Of a DNA stretch of 64,000 nucleotides, positions 1-49,097 are shown piece after piece (position 1 is the first letter of the stretch; each line of letters begins with the position of its first letter). The notes beneath the pieces are model-generated. The model was not told the origin of the DNA, ran no database searches, and was given only the letters and a program-made list of their open reading frames with translations. Origin of the DNA: Amoebidium appalachense (lineage: Eukaryota; Protista; Ichthyosporea). The DNA lies in the NCBI GenBank assembly GCA_963693365.1, contig CAVNZM010000002.1:17021615-17085614 (forward strand), given 5' to 3'. The position numbers were made by a program, and so were the translations under genes.

Positions 1-115
1 TGCCATTTCCTCGGTATTATCGAAACATGTGTACACGTGTACACGAGTACATACATCATACACACAAATGTTTGAGGAGGGAGTGTGAAGCAACTAATAT
101 CTGAAGACTTTGCAG

Positions 116-6428
<6,313 letters not shown>

Positions 6429-7384
6429 ATACCATGACGGGAACAAGACGTAATACATGCATGTGCTTTATTTAACAATGCGATGTGGTTGGTATTTTTA
6501 ATTTAGGTGTAATATCAAGTTATCAATCTAAGGGATGCACGTTAAAAGCGAATGGCCTCAAATGTCCCGCTATGTGACGGGTGTGTTAAAAATCATGTAT
6601 TTTTGTATTTTTTATATCCATGTTCATTTTTTTTTGTTTTATTCTGTAGAAAGGATGCACATGATATGTCGCATGTACGGCGAAGGGGCTTCTTTGTGTT
6701 TTTAAGCTGCTCTGACCAGGGAATCCACACCACTCGGTCTGTCCTGTCGGCCACATTATGGCAGTTGTGTTGATGTTTTTACGTATCCTGAAAACTAGCG
6801 GCGAGTGTATTAAATATGATGTGGTGTCTGCAGGTGGTATGTGGGCCCATTGGGGAAGCCAACTGCAGATGTAAATATATTTGGCAAAATGCGTATTTTT
6901 TTTACTGTATTTAGTTAGTGGCACACTTGCAAAGCCACTGAGGTTCGAAAATCAATGTGTATGTAACGGTTAACAGGCATTTAGACTCGGGTGCAGGTTA
7001 TTTTGTGGTCGCACGCCTGCTGGCAGGCTGTATGCTGATTGTGAAGTTCCGTGTTCCCCCCACACAGTTCTCTCCTGCTAAGGCCATTTTAATCGATTTG
7101 TTTTACGGTATCTGATATTTTTTGTTTTGAACCTTTTTATTTGAGGTCTTATTCAGTACCGCTGAATAGTGGTAGGTACCAGCACCACAGGACCTACATA
7201 CCCACGTTCTAAACTGAGCCCGTTTGTTAGACAGACATGGCAGAACGATCGATCTCTAACCAGCACAATAATATACATAGTATACATGCAGCAGCCCCAC
7301 CCTGTAACTTTTAGCAGCAGCCCCCCGAGTTACAGGGCAAGTTCAAGGGGGATCAAGGGTACAGAAAACGGTTTTTGGTTCGGT

Positions 7385-9300
7385 ATTGGGTGGTGCATGT
7401 GTTGGTGTGGTCAGGGGTTGTTGGTGTTGACCTGGTGATGGCACATGCGTGTGGTTGGTTGGTTGCTTGTTGGTGATGACCGGGTTGAGCGTATATATAT
7501 ACGATCAGGTGTGGCCAGGGTGGTGTTAGGTGCTGACCAGGGTGGCGAATGTGTTGGTGTGGTCGGTTGGTTGTTGCGTAACTCCAACGAGTGCACGTGA
7601 AGGCGTTGTCGGGCCCTCCCCCAAGGGCTCCTGTTGGAGTGCAGACTTACGCTCACTCCACAATATGTGTATGTTAGCTTTACAATTGGTTCCGTGTACA
7701 CAGACACACACTGACACTCGATCACCACATGCACATCTGCATAGTTGAGGAATGTTGCCAATTGTGTTTTGACTGCAAACGATTGGTTCACTGGTCCCAG
7801 AGATCTCTAAATGAAAGTAACCAATCCGATTAGCGCCTGGCATCCGGATTACATTCCAGACTGCTGCCCCACGGGTATATAAACCACGTCTCTGCCAGGT
7901 GCAGACATGGAGTTCAGTCATGGAGTTCAGTCATGGAGTTCAGTCATGGAGTTAACACACTGAAAGCAGTAAAAAACGGGTCAGCGCCCAAGCGCGCCAC
8001 GACGACCCTAGTCACAGCGGACTCTACTTCCAACAGGGTTATGGGCCCAGACACGACACCGCGGCCTCTAACTTCACGTCCCCTACGACGCCTTGAACGG
8101 AGGAGCCAGAACCCGACTTCTAGGCTGTACCCTACACCCGCGAGCGTATTTCCGTGAAGTAGAGACTTTCGCTTCCACAAACTCCATCCGCAGCAGCCTG
8201 CGACATCAACGTCAAGTATTCCACTTCATTGGCGGGGCAAGCACCACAGTGGAATGCACACCCCGGTCTACCCTGCAAGTAGCCACACTCACTCTCTCTT
8301 CTCTAGTGGTGTGTACACTTCTCCAATTGGGTAGGGGTGTTGGAGTGCAGACTTACGCTCACTCCACAATATGTGTATGTTAGCTTTACAATTGGTTCCG
8401 TGTACACAGACACACACTGACACTCGATCACCACATGCACATCTGCATAGTTGAGGAATGTTGCCAATTGTGTTTTGACTGCAAACGATTGGTTCACTGG
8501 TCCCAGAGATCTCTAAATAAAAGTAACCAATCCGATTAGCGCCTGGCATCCGGATTACATTCCAGACTGCTGCCCCACGGGTATATAAACCACGTCTCTG
8601 CCAGGTGCAGACATGGAGTTCAGTCATGGAGTTCAGTCATGGAGTTCAGTCATGGAGTTCAGTCATGGAGTTAACACACTGAAAGCAGTAAAAAACGGGT
8701 CAGCGCCCAAGCGCGCCACGACGACCCTAGTCACAGCGGACTCTACTTCCAACACTCCGTGGGGCTCACATGCAGTGTGTGGTTGAAGTGTTGTTTTGTG
8801 TCGGACAGCAGGGTCGAACACACGATGGTGCGGTCAGGGAGTTGCTGGGTACTGACCAGGTGGCGTGTGCTAGAGTGCACCGGGATAGCAATGCCGAGTT
8901 GTGCATGTGTGGTGTGGTCAAGGGTGTTGGTGTTGACCGGGTGGAGCATGCGTTAGTGTGGGTGGCGAATTGCTTGGTGGTGACCAACTGGGGCATGTGA
9001 AGGTGTGGTCGGGGGTTGTTTGGTGTTGACCGGGCGGTGACACATGCGACGCTGTGGCCTGTTGGCTGGTTTTGTGTTGACCGGGGCGACATACGATGGT
9101 GCGGTCAGGAGGTTGTTGGGTGCCACGGTGGCGTATGTGTTGGTGCGGTCGGTGGGCTGGTTGGTGTCGACCATATATATGATGCAGGCGAGACTGTGGT
9201 CGTTTGGTAGGGGTGGTGGTGTCGATGAGTGGCCGATTGGTTGGCCTCGGTTGCTTCGATGGTGTCGGTTTGCCCGCTACGACACCGGGGCTTGGGCTTG
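7385..9300. repeat. Degenerate GT-rich tandem repeat array, interrupted by the LTR element
   Basis: Recurring GCATGTG.GGTGTGGTC.GGG.TGTTGGTGTTGACC.GG (7395, 8903, 8993) and ACGATGGTGCGGTCAGG (8822, 9093); G.TGACC.GG recurs roughly every 50 bp on both sides of the insertion. Confidence 0.65.
7632..8754 (+). mobile_element. Non-autonomous miniature copia-type LTR retrotransposon (TRIM-like)
   Basis: LTRs 7632-8035 and 8338-8754 with TGTTGGA...TCCAACA ends. They differ by one substitution seen by eye and one extra 13-bp CATGGAGTTCAGT unit. PBS GGTTATGGGCCCAG at 8037, PPT GGGTAGGGG before the 3' LTR, and CTCC duplicated on both flanks. The 302-bp interior carries a frameshifted RNase H tail remnant (RH-INVKY-HFI...VECTP..TLQVA.LT). 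Confidence 0.93.
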
Positions 9301-9476
9301 GACGTTCCGGGTTAGTGGCCGTAAGCGAGGGGGGGGTGGACGTCATATTACTTTTTGAGATGATATGTATAAAGCGTATGTATGTAAAGTTTTTTATACT
9401 CCGGCCTGACTATTCGGCGACCTCCCCCCCCCTCTCCCCCCCCTGGATTCGAGCTCCCCTTCCTCCCCCCAGCTCT

Positions 9477-9541
<65 letters not shown>

Positions 9542-10046
9542 AGTCGTCCCATTTTTTGGCTTCGCTTCCCCCCCCCCCTTCCCACACACACACACACACA
9601 CATACACACCCCTCACCCACCCACCCCGGTTCACCCACCCACCCATCCCCCGGATCGAGTATACGGTCTGGGGCAAGGCTTCCTTAGGCCAGCCTGGCCA
9701 GGCAACCCCAAAAGCTCCCGACTGGCCCGGATCGCACCCAAACACTGTTTCAATTGGACGGGCGAGTATCACAAGAAGCTTGAGATCGTCATGTCCGGAC
9801 AGCACAAAAAACTATTCACGGGACCATTCACAAAGACACGCACCCTGAGTCGAGACACCAATAATGACACGTTGCTTGATTTTTTGATATGAGACTGGTG
9901 GTGAGCGTAGCACGCGTGTCCAGGCTACTGGGAAGATCCTCGTGCGTCAACCATTTGTTGTGTATTTTTGCACAGTTAGTACTGGTTCCTCGTGGATTTT
10001 ATTTAGGCATCAGACCGTTAGGGGAAGGGTAATACACGTTTGCACC

Positions 10047-19140
<9,094 letters not shown>

Positions 19141-20679
19141 TGAGATACACTATAGATATACTTGGTAAATGTTGTATGTATGTGACGGCAGATTGTGTTA
19201 TCTGCATAGGGGGATAATCATATGTAGTGGACATATACTGGCATGTAAGGTGGTCAATGCGCTTGGCGAAATCTGTGTGAATATCTCGTATGCTTGGTGT
19301 AACTAGTGGTATGTATGGCATTAAGGGCTTGCGGGGGATTGTGCAACTGAGGTTTACACAAAACATATTTCACTCACATTTTCAAGTGCTGAAGGTTCAA
19401 TAAAAAATACATACTTATAGTACTCCTGCACTAGACACCATAAATGGTATTACGTAATGCTTATTTTTACGTCATTTACCTGGGCATTTTAGTCGGCGAC
19501 GGCCAAATCTCGGTAGTCTCACAGTATACGTGGTACCTTTAAGGAACCTTCAAGCTCTCATAATCATAACCTGTGCACACCCGCGAGTGCACAACGACCA
19601 CGGCCATACACCATTGACCAGACCGACAGGCCGCACGTAGTTGTAAGCAGATCTAATATAACCAGAATGTCGCGACCGTGTGCCGGGCTAGTCAGTTGTC
19701 AGCTGTCAGTACCTCAACAGTAGTGGAACTCTAACAGGCAGGCAACCATGGTGCAAGGCCCCCCTTCTGGAAGGGGGGGGGGGGGGGGGGGGGGGATACG
19801 AATAAACCTGCGCTCGAGTAGGTGTAAAATCTGAGACATCACCACTTGTGTACTTATCCAATCACAATTGTTATTGATGAGCGCTGATCTTGCACCAGGC
19901 CCCTAGACTCATGCAAATGCAATTTACAGGTCATGTGTGCACAGAGTGTGTGTGGCGAGAGAGTCGGCCTAGTGTGTGTGTGTACGTATGTGTGTGAACG
20001 CCGTGTGGGTGCACAAGTATGTAAGCAAGTAAATATGCATAGATAGGGTACCTCACCGGTTCAAGGTATACGCACCCAATCTATGCAATATCTCAGCCCC
20101 CAGTGGAGATCAACGTGTACTTTCTTTTTAACGAAGGAAGTATACAATGTAAATCTTCGATATAGCGAGTAAAAACAGAACTTTTGCGTAAATATACAAG
20201 CAAAAATATGAAAAGCAAATAGTGGCAAGATCTCACCCATTGAAGGTACACCTCGATTTTCACAGTCACTGGTTACATATCATATGTTTACCGTTGCCGG
20301 ATTGTGAATGAAGCGTTTCATCCAGCAGGCGGTCGGCAGAATGTAATGGCGATAGAAGTTCATATTTATCACATTGATCTAAATGATTTTGGTATATATT
20401 ATTTAAATTGTTATTATAAGCGGTTAAATAAAGACTGTTGTAGATTAGACAAGTTATACGAGCTTTTTCATGTGCTGCATTTCAGGGCATGCATAAAATG
20501 TACACGAATGAGCCGCCGAGTGCCGACTGCTCGGAATGCCGGTTCTGGGAACCAATCGATTTCATGCTTACGACGCGTTACGACGGAAAGGTAGCCCTAC
20601 GTCACGGTTTGATCTGTTTAGACGAGTCTCTAGATGGCCGTGGTTTAGACTCAATCACATGATCGGATCTGTGTACCCT

Positions 20680-20713
<34 letters not shown>

Positions 20714-20728
20714 GGGTTGACCGTACCT

Positions 20729-20768
<40 letters not shown>

Positions 20769-21671
20769 CTGCTATCTGGTCAGTTAACTGACTCCACTGG
20801 TTCTAACGGCTTGGTTATCTGCCATTCACCATGTGCCCGAATGCGCAGCCATTCGCCCACCCTCCCATAATTGTGTACACGCCGATTACCTTGTGTACCT
20901 TTGACCGCCAGAAGCCAGCAGCCGAAGCATTCTAGCTAGGGTAGCTGGGCTGGAACTCCCACAATTTGACAGAAGGCATGTGGACATAAAGCGCATATAC
21001 ACACAGTGTATTTAAAGACCACAACTGCAAGCCACCGGAAAGCGGTCTTCGATTGTATAGCCCGCAGCTAAGTTATTGGGAATTCGAAACTAAGCTTAAG
21101 TTTGCTCTATATTATACATAGGTTAAATACATCTCGGCCCGTGGCATCTATGCTCAAATCCCAAGCTCGGTAGCTAAGATCATTAGTAGTTTGCAGCTTA
21201 TATATTGATCAAAGAGCAAAGCAAAGGTGTGTACCTATATGATATGTTTACCGTACCCGGGTAAATTTTCTACATGAATTGTTTTGTTCAAAAACAAACT
21301 ACCAATACATGATTAAGTACAAAAGTATTCAGTTTTTAGGCGACTGCAATGTACATGCCCGTACGCGCATACATACGTTTGTATACATGTGTGTGTGTGT
21401 GTATGTGTGGGCGTGCGCGAGTGTGTGCATACATTAGTCTTTGTGTGTGCGTGCGTGTGTGTGCGTGTGCACATGTGTGTGTGTGCATGTGCGTGCATGT
21501 CATGTGTGCGTGTGCGTGTGTATGCATGTGTGTGTGCGTGTGTATGCATGTGTGTGTGCGTGTGTTTGGGGTCCCACCTGGGAGAGTATTACTACGTATT
21601 TGGTGTATACCACAATATCAACCATCAAACCCAGGCAGAAAAAATTTGAGGGTGGCCCACTACTTAGAATC

Positions 21672-22799
21672 TCACACAGTCAGCACATCATAGTCCTCCC
21701 CGTTGCTCTTTAACGACTCTGACTTCTTCACTGGCCCCGGCCCACCCACCGGGGGTATTCCCAGGCTTAGCGACCCTGAATTCTTAAAGGAACCCGACCC
21801 ACTCATTCTCTGTAGGTCAGAATTTTATCGTACACCCGGTTGTTTGCGCAATGGTCCAGATAGACTCAACGATCCAGAACCGTCCGGAAGCTTCGATACT
21901 TAAGTTAAAAAATTTCGGTGTTGCCAATTTTTATCATTTCCTGGCCATCGACCACCTGACTGTATTCATTGCCCGGGGGTTCAACCTCCGCCGTGTTCTT
22001 GCGACAACTGAGCTCATCCTGAAGGTCAACGGTCTACGTCCCCCTTGGCTCGGGGTGGGACCCCATTGACCCTCTTTCCCTCCTCGCTTTTGGCGAGTGC
22101 GTATGCGCTTTCGAAAAACCCGCGCAATGCAGAGAACTTGGGGCGCTTGAGGGGGTCTTTCTCCTAGCAGAGGTTTAGGGTGTCCATGACGCCATCGGAC
22201 CAGTCCATTGGCTTTTGCAAGCGCACACCGTATTGCAGTGCCTGCATCACCTTGGGGGCAAATGGAAGGGTGAGCACGTGGAGGGGAAGAGGCTAGAGGG
22301 GGGAGGGGAGAGGGAGGGGGAGGGGGGGGGGGGGGGGGGGGGGGGGGGAAGAGGGGGGGGGGGAGGGGAGGGAGGGAAGGGGAGAGGATGGGGGATGCAA
22401 TAGGGGAACGTTATCAAAGAAATATCTAGGGGCTACTACGAAGGGACTCTAAAAGGCAAAACTTTGAGGACAGGTTGATGGATAAAGGGGAAGATTTGGT
22501 GGGGAGGAGGGGGAAAGGGATTGATGGTTGGGTGGGTGAGTTGGTGGAGGGCGGGGGGGGGGGGGGGGGGGGGGAGGGGGAGGGGGGGGGGAGGGAGGGG
22601 GTGGGAAGGATTGAAGAGGAAGGGGTGGTAGGGATATCCCATACTTAGAGAGGGGTGGAGAGGACAGAGTACGGGGTGTCGCCTCCAGGCTCATTCTCCC
22701 ACACAGTCACTGCAAACCTGCAGAGCACAACCAATCAGTCACATGGATTACAACCCGAATCCTAATGTTAAGGGACATTGTGCGGCTGGCGGCCCGTGG

Positions 22800-22839
<40 letters not shown>

Positions 22840-23122
22840 GGGGGGAGGGGGGAAGGGGAGGGGGAGGGGGGAGAGGTGTCGTCCCGGGAGGACAGGGGGA
22901 AGGGGGGAAGGGGTCTAATTTGGAAAAAGGTGGATTTGGGGGAGTTAGAAAATGAACGAAAAACGTAGACAGCAAAAGAGATTTTTATCGACCAGGTTGG
23001 CTAAAAAACCAAAAGTTGCCCCTTAGGCCACTAGTGGGGAAAAAAGAAAGGCCCAATGAGAGAGGGTACATCTCTAATGATGGTGTGTGGATGTGTGTGT
23101 GTGTGTGTTTGTGCGTGAGGGT

Positions 23123-23157
<35 letters not shown>

Positions 23158-23381
23158 TACATACGACCCACACATCTGTAGCCTCGTCGTAAACCCGCTA
23201 AAAGATGGACTCTGGTGCCATCCACCTTACAGGCGACATATCCCCCCCGTTGCTTTCCTTCACATACTGCTGGTCCTCACTGCTGACTAGTTGTGCAAGC
23301 TCCAGATCGCTGATTTTCGCACGTGGGTGCTCGTTTGGATGCCTCCCAGGACTGGTTAGGAGGGGGTTACGTGCTGCTAAT

Positions 23382-23383
<2 letters not shown>
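21672..23383 (-). pseudogene. Degenerate protein tyrosine kinase (C-lobe and tail), intron-containing
   Basis: Minus-strand exons ~23383-23165 (LAARN..AKISDLELA..SPVRWMAPESIF*RVYDEATDVW), ~22718-22647 (FAVTVWE..GGDTPY..PL*) and ~22250-21672 (VMQALQYGVRLQKP..LC*EKDPLKRPKF). LAARN and PVRWMAPES are tyrosine-kinase signatures. There are several in-frame stops and frameshifts, DFG reads DLE, and HRD is absent. Confidence 0.85.
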
Positions 23384-23421
<38 letters not shown>

Positions 23422-23512
23422 CGCCCCCCCCACTGGTGACACACACACACCCACCTTGCAAGCGCATTTGAAGTGGATCAGCTGGTCACGGGGTGCTCCT
23501 CTTCCCTCTCAA

Positions 23513-23555
<43 letters not shown>

Positions 23556-23602
23556 ATTAACTGCATGTGTGAGTGCCTTCCTGGTGTGCACATCTACTTC
23601 GT

Positions 23603-23803
23603 GGCCGCGCAAATAATTTTATGTTTAGCAGAATGTGTTGGAATTGCAGAACACCTCTGCTTTTTGCAGAACAGGCTGCTCAAGGCAGAGATTGTTGGTT
23701 TTGCTGGTTTAACAGTGCAAAAACCGGCAGAATGAATCTGCTTTTGCAGAGTAATTTGGTCTCTTGTAGAGCCATTCAGCCCACAGCAAGTTTATTCTGC
23801 GGA
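23603..23803. mobile_element. Small MITE-like element with internal GCAGA repeats
   Basis: Left end CCGCGCAAATAATTTTATGTTTAGCAGAAT resembles the reverse complement of the right end (CCGCAGAATAAACTTGCTGTGGGCTGAAT); GCAGA/TCTGC recurs many times inside. Confidence 0.4.
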
Positions 23804-23951
23804 TGTGGTTGGGCCTTGCTCTTGTGAGTGTGTTGGTGTGCATGAGCATGTGTGGGGTTTGTGTGTGTGTGTGCTACATGCACCCATGTACACACATGCA
23901 CACGCCAACACACGCTGCGCAGACGCATGCGCGCACACGCACACGTGTCAG

Positions 23952-24028
<77 letters not shown>

Positions 24029-24374
24029 CGTACACACGCACACACGCACACACACGCGCACGCACACACGCACACACGCACGCACATACGCACGCACGCA
24101 CGCACACACGCACGCACACACACACACACGCACACACGCACGCACATACGCACGCACGCACGCACTCACGCACGCACACACGCACACACGAACACATGCA
24201 TGCACGCACACACATACGAACACACACACCCGTACACATACACTCGCACTATGCCCGGGCGCCAGGAAGCACACATGCGAGTCATTGACTCAATTGCGCA
24301 CATACTGGTATCAGCCTACACAACGGTTGTTAGTGATGCATGCATGCCTTAGATGCACCAAGGAGAGAGAGAAC

Positions 24375-24497
<123 letters not shown>

Positions 24498-24637
24498 GGG
24501 AGGGAGGTAAAAGAAGAGAGGGGAAGGGGAGAGAAGGTGGTAAGGGAAGAGGAAGCCGGCGGTGCGGAAATGAGAAATAAAGAATCCCATGTGCGTGCAG
24601 GACATTGTGTACATGTGTGCGTGTTTGTGTGTGCGTG

Positions 24638-24682
<45 letters not shown>

Positions 24683-24875
24683 TGTAGAGGGGAAATAGAA
24701 GGGAAATAGATGACAGAGAGTGATAAATAATAATAATCGGGCTGGTTGACCATATATTTATAGATTATACCGTGTACAAGCAGTGTAATAAGAACCAGTG
24801 AGCTTACAAGGGTGCTCTGCCAACCCGTTAGTTACACCTAAATGAACGGTGACCTAAGGAGTGCATCACCACACG

Positions 24876-24906
<31 letters not shown>

Positions 24907-25680
24907 GTGTGTGTGTGTGCGCGCGTGCGCGCGTGTGCGTGTGTGCGTGTGCGTGCACAGGTGCGTGTGTGTGTATTTGTGTGTGCATGTGGATGACGGA
25001 CCGCCCTGTGTATGTTTCATACTATTGTCTCACAGTGATGTAGTACAAATCAAGTTGTGCACATGCCTCGGTGTGTTTGTTTGCAATTGCCGACTCTGTC
25101 AGTTTGTAATTATGTCCTTTGTGTATGAGAATGTGGGTGTCTAGTATCTGGATGGCTAAATAGCCGCCGATTCTCTTGGACCAGTGCTACGTGTCTGTGT
25201 CAAGGCGTACCATGATCCCCCCCCCCCCTCCCCCCTCCCCCCCTCGATTGGACCGACCCTTTCCCCTCCTCCTCCCGCCTCCCCCTCATCCGGCGGGACC
25301 ATGGCTGCCACCCCCCCCACCCTCCCCCCCCCCCCCCCCCCCACACACACACACAAAAAAAAAAAAATTTAAATACAGACCCGCATGCTGGAAGAGCACT
25401 TTGGCAACCCTTGGTTTGAACTTTCGGAGGTTGTTCTTTTCAAGGATAGTTCGCCAATGACTCGTATTTACATACATAGTCTATGCGCAAACCGCTAGAT
25501 TCCATACCATGGCCCCCTGAGCACCCCACGCCAAAAAAATGTGCTATCACTACATATAGAATTTGACTCTATTATAAATGCTGCCTGAGTCGTGTATGAG
25601 CTGCATGTTTGTTATATCTTGTATTTCTCGGCAGATATCCAAAGCAATCCTTCACGAGTTTTCAATGATGAGGAGAAAAA

Positions 25681-25761
25681 TTCCCGAGGGTTGGAGGGAG
25701 AATCGGTTACTCCCGAGTTTCATTCCCGAGGTTTTACTCCCGAGGTTTTACTCCCGAGGTT
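25681..25761. repeat. Short ~14-15 bp tandem repeat (TCCCGAGGTTTTAC) ~300 bp upstream of the VPS33 start
   Basis: TCCCGAG occurs five times within ~80 bp. Confidence 0.8.
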
Positions 25762-26050
25762 TAGAATTAGGAGAATTACTCACAAGGTTTGCACCTTTGT
25801 ACTCCACAGTAGAATCTGGAGCGCAGCCCTCAGGCGCCTGCTTCTCGGTTGTGTTTTATTCACAGGCAAAGGCCTTTTTTTGTACAGAGATTCTTGCACG
25901 AAGCTGTGAGAAAATGCCACAGCGTAGGTGAGGTGCCTGTATAGATCTTATCTGTGCTCAGTCTCAATCTATACCGGTATAGGAGCATTAGTGGCTGGTA
26001 ACAAGCAGTATTAGTGCATAGGGTAGGGTGGTGCCAACACAACAACCACA

Positions 26051-41801
<15,751 letters not shown>

Positions 41802-41851
41802 GGTCAGGCGGCAGGCTATTATCTTAAAAAACGATTTTTTTTTTTTTTTTT

Positions 41852-41894
<43 letters not shown>

Positions 41895-43008
41895 CTAATC
41901 AGTGTCCTGGAGTTAGGCACCAAATGTGATATATAAATGCATGAATGATGGGTTGAAGATTTAGAATTGCATCAGGTCTTTTGGGTGGAGATGCCAGAGT
42001 TTTTGTGATTGGCGCGGACATATATGATTTAGATTCTAACCTTACTCTTTCCGTGATTATTCGCGTGATTTTACAATCGTACACAATCACAAACCACCTC
42101 GCACAGACACATGCGAATGAATTGAAATCACAGTATAACGAGTAGGTCAAGGCATTGTATGAGAAGCAACTTCACGTGTAAACTGACGTTCATGTGTATG
42201 TACATGCGCCATTTTGTTCGTACAAATACATGTGACGGTATGTCGACTCAAAAAAAATAGATCTGCACGTGCATGTTTGTACACGTGCACGGTTGTGTAT
42301 TCTCAAGCTCACAAGATGCCCCCCCCCCCCCCCTCCCCGTTTTCTGCAAATTCGTGCTCCCATCTATGTGCATGTGTGGTTTCATGCCTGCGCGTGTGTG
42401 CATCGTATGATGTGGGTGTGTGTGTGTGTATGTACATGCGTGGTGTTCGAATTCTGTAACATGTGTCCTAGGCCTGTACATGTGTATGGTGGGGTGTGTG
42501 TGCCGACAGGAATGTGCAAACTGTAGAAGGAAGTGAGGGTCCCCCGTGGGGGAGGGAGGGGGGGGGTTGGGAGGGGGGGGGCGGGGGGAGGGGGGGGGGG
42601 GGGGGCAGGGCTTTTACTGGGTCATACTAGCAGGATCAAACTCGGAGGGCACGTGTGATCTCCTTGAGGGATCCAGGCACAACCTGATGTTTGATAGTTG
42701 TGTGCATGCATCGTCGGCACCAATCCAATTGAGAGGAAGTGAGCTACTATTCTCCACTCGGATGATACGGTACTACCATAAAAAGGATTGAGGTTGCCAA
42801 GACTAGTACAATCTTATCATGCAATGCCTTATGCATGACACTAATATGGATGGCTGCGCCACATTATGAGCGGTGCTCTTTGAATGGAGCTGTACATTGC
42901 ACCTAGGCCTGCACATGAATAATATTAGTTTATGTAACTGTCCGTGCCAGCCAGCCTGAGTGGTGACACCAGCAACTTAGTTCACAATCCACCCCACCAC
43001 ATAACAGC

Positions 43009-46787
<3,779 letters not shown>

Positions 46788-46887
46788 GGTGCCGTGGGCT
46801 AAGGTTTGCCTATGGGTATAGGGTATAGCAGTTAGAAGAAACCGTTCGGCGCGTGTAGATGTGGTGCAAAAGTAGCGACATACGGAC

Positions 46888-46980
46888 AGAGTAACAGTGT
46901 TGTGTCAACAAGGCGGATCTTGTAAGCGGATTTAGTGATGCGCTATACGCCAATCAAAAGAGTGTACATGGTGATTGGTT
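46888..46980 (-). promoter_or_regulatory. Candidate CCAAT boxes upstream of the DUF1275 gene
   Basis: GCCAATCA at ~46949 and GTGATTGGT at ~46971, about 160-190 bp upstream of the ATG. No transcript evidence. Confidence 0.3.
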
Positions 46981-47488
46981 TACACATAATCGCCAAGAAT
47001 GCGTAAACAAGAATCAGGCGACGTCGCGATCGACGGAGAGTCACAATGAACAACGGTTTACAATCCTAGTCTCAACTTTCGGAACTCATGTTTGTGTACC
47101 TTTTCCGCTTCCATTTAATTGTTCTGTTCTGTATTCGTATTCTATCCCCTTATATGTCTTTACTATTTAGTTTGGCTATCTTTCAAGAGTATTTTAGTAA
47201 TCACTTAGTAGTATGTAGAATAGGTATACCTCAATTAATAACAAATCAAGGCACTAGAGAGATCTCGCGGCCTGATCATCCCAACGCGATGAACCGCGGC
47301 GAAGCCCCGCAACAGGGAGTACCAGACTACCAATACAGGGTACCGGCCGCGGGGATCTACTGTACGTATTACAATTGTGATGAAGATGTCCAAAGACATC
47401 AACGTTAACTCATAATGTAAGTATTTCTCACACATCACGGTACACCCATGGCCGCGGCCAGCCAATGGGCAACCCTATGGACAGGTTG

Positions 47489-47528
<40 letters not shown>

Positions 47529-47785
47529 ACCGGCATCCCGGCGGGGGGAGGAGGGGAAGGGGGGAGAGGGAGGATCCATCCACCCCTGAGCCTAGTCCCG
47601 GATCGTCGCGGTACTATATTAATAGAATTTGAACCTGATTTCTGAATAGTAACGATTTCGCGCAGCGGCCTACATACAAGTTCCCAAAACGTAGTAAACT
47701 ATGAATGTACTACTGAGGACTCCTTGATATCGATCACCTCAAACTCAGGCGACACCCGGCCCTCCTCTCCGGTCATATGCTAGAG

Positions 47786-47817
<32 letters not shown>

Positions 47818-48269
47818 CCCCCCCTCCGCGGCCCCCCCGGCCCTCAGCGGCCTCCCTTCATGGACGTGGCCACGGGTGGGGCTCGTCTCTAATAATAATA
47901 TTTCTCCCCACCGCGCGCGCATGCGCACACGCACACACACACACTATCACATGTTTTTCTAAATTCACACGTACCCAGTGCACACATAATGTCATGTATG
48001 TATGCCACACGGTGACCAGATGCACCGTTGGCAACTCCACGATGCGCACTGTTGGCATGAATGAACATGCAGATACTGTAGTAACACTCACCCCCACTAG
48101 TACTACACGTGAACTTGGAGTCCCACCACACAGACACACACAGTCACGAACACTTCAAAGCTTTACTAGTGAGCACGTGCAATCATTTTCAAAGTCGGGT
48201 CAGTTGACCGTAACAAATACAGCCCCGAAAGAGTTGTTCAAGTTTGGCCATCACAGTCATGCGCACACG

Positions 48270-48310
<41 letters not shown>

Positions 48311-48319
48311 CACCCGACA

Positions 48320-49097
<778 letters not shown>

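Noticed and set aside
7907-7952. 13-bp repeats and 400-bp direct repeats as a CRISPR-like array
   Set aside because: No spacers and a eukaryotic context; explained as LTRs with an internal tandem unit.
9395-9663. TATACTC...GAGTATA inverted pair around C-runs as a MITE
   Set aside because: Only about 7 bp of perfect match; insufficient without other copies.
19596-19655. 5S rRNA-like start (ACGGCCATAC...TAAGCAG)
   Set aside because: Similarity is short and gapped, with no box C region or 3' half.
21165-21210. U2 snRNA-like words (CTCGG..GCTAAGATCA..GTAGT)
   Set aside because: Needs two deletions, the branch-pairing GTAGTA is altered, and no Sm site or 3' stems are evident; chance match or tiny relic.
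20040-21260. Shared words ATAT.ATATGTTTACCGT (20277, 21237) and AGGTACAC/GTGTACCT as element termini
   Set aside because: Could not define consistent boundaries or a TSD by eye.
22164-23200. In-frame TAG/TAA in the kinase as stop-codon reassignment or RNA editing
   Set aside because: Intact genes here end in TAG (SMYD) and TAA (VPS33) and have no internal stops; the kinase also has frameshifts and lost catalytic motifs.
24270-24350. Kinase subdomain IV/V-like peptide ([18 protein letters not shown]) on +
   Set aside because: Opposite strand to the kinase pseudogene, short, and no convincing splice context.
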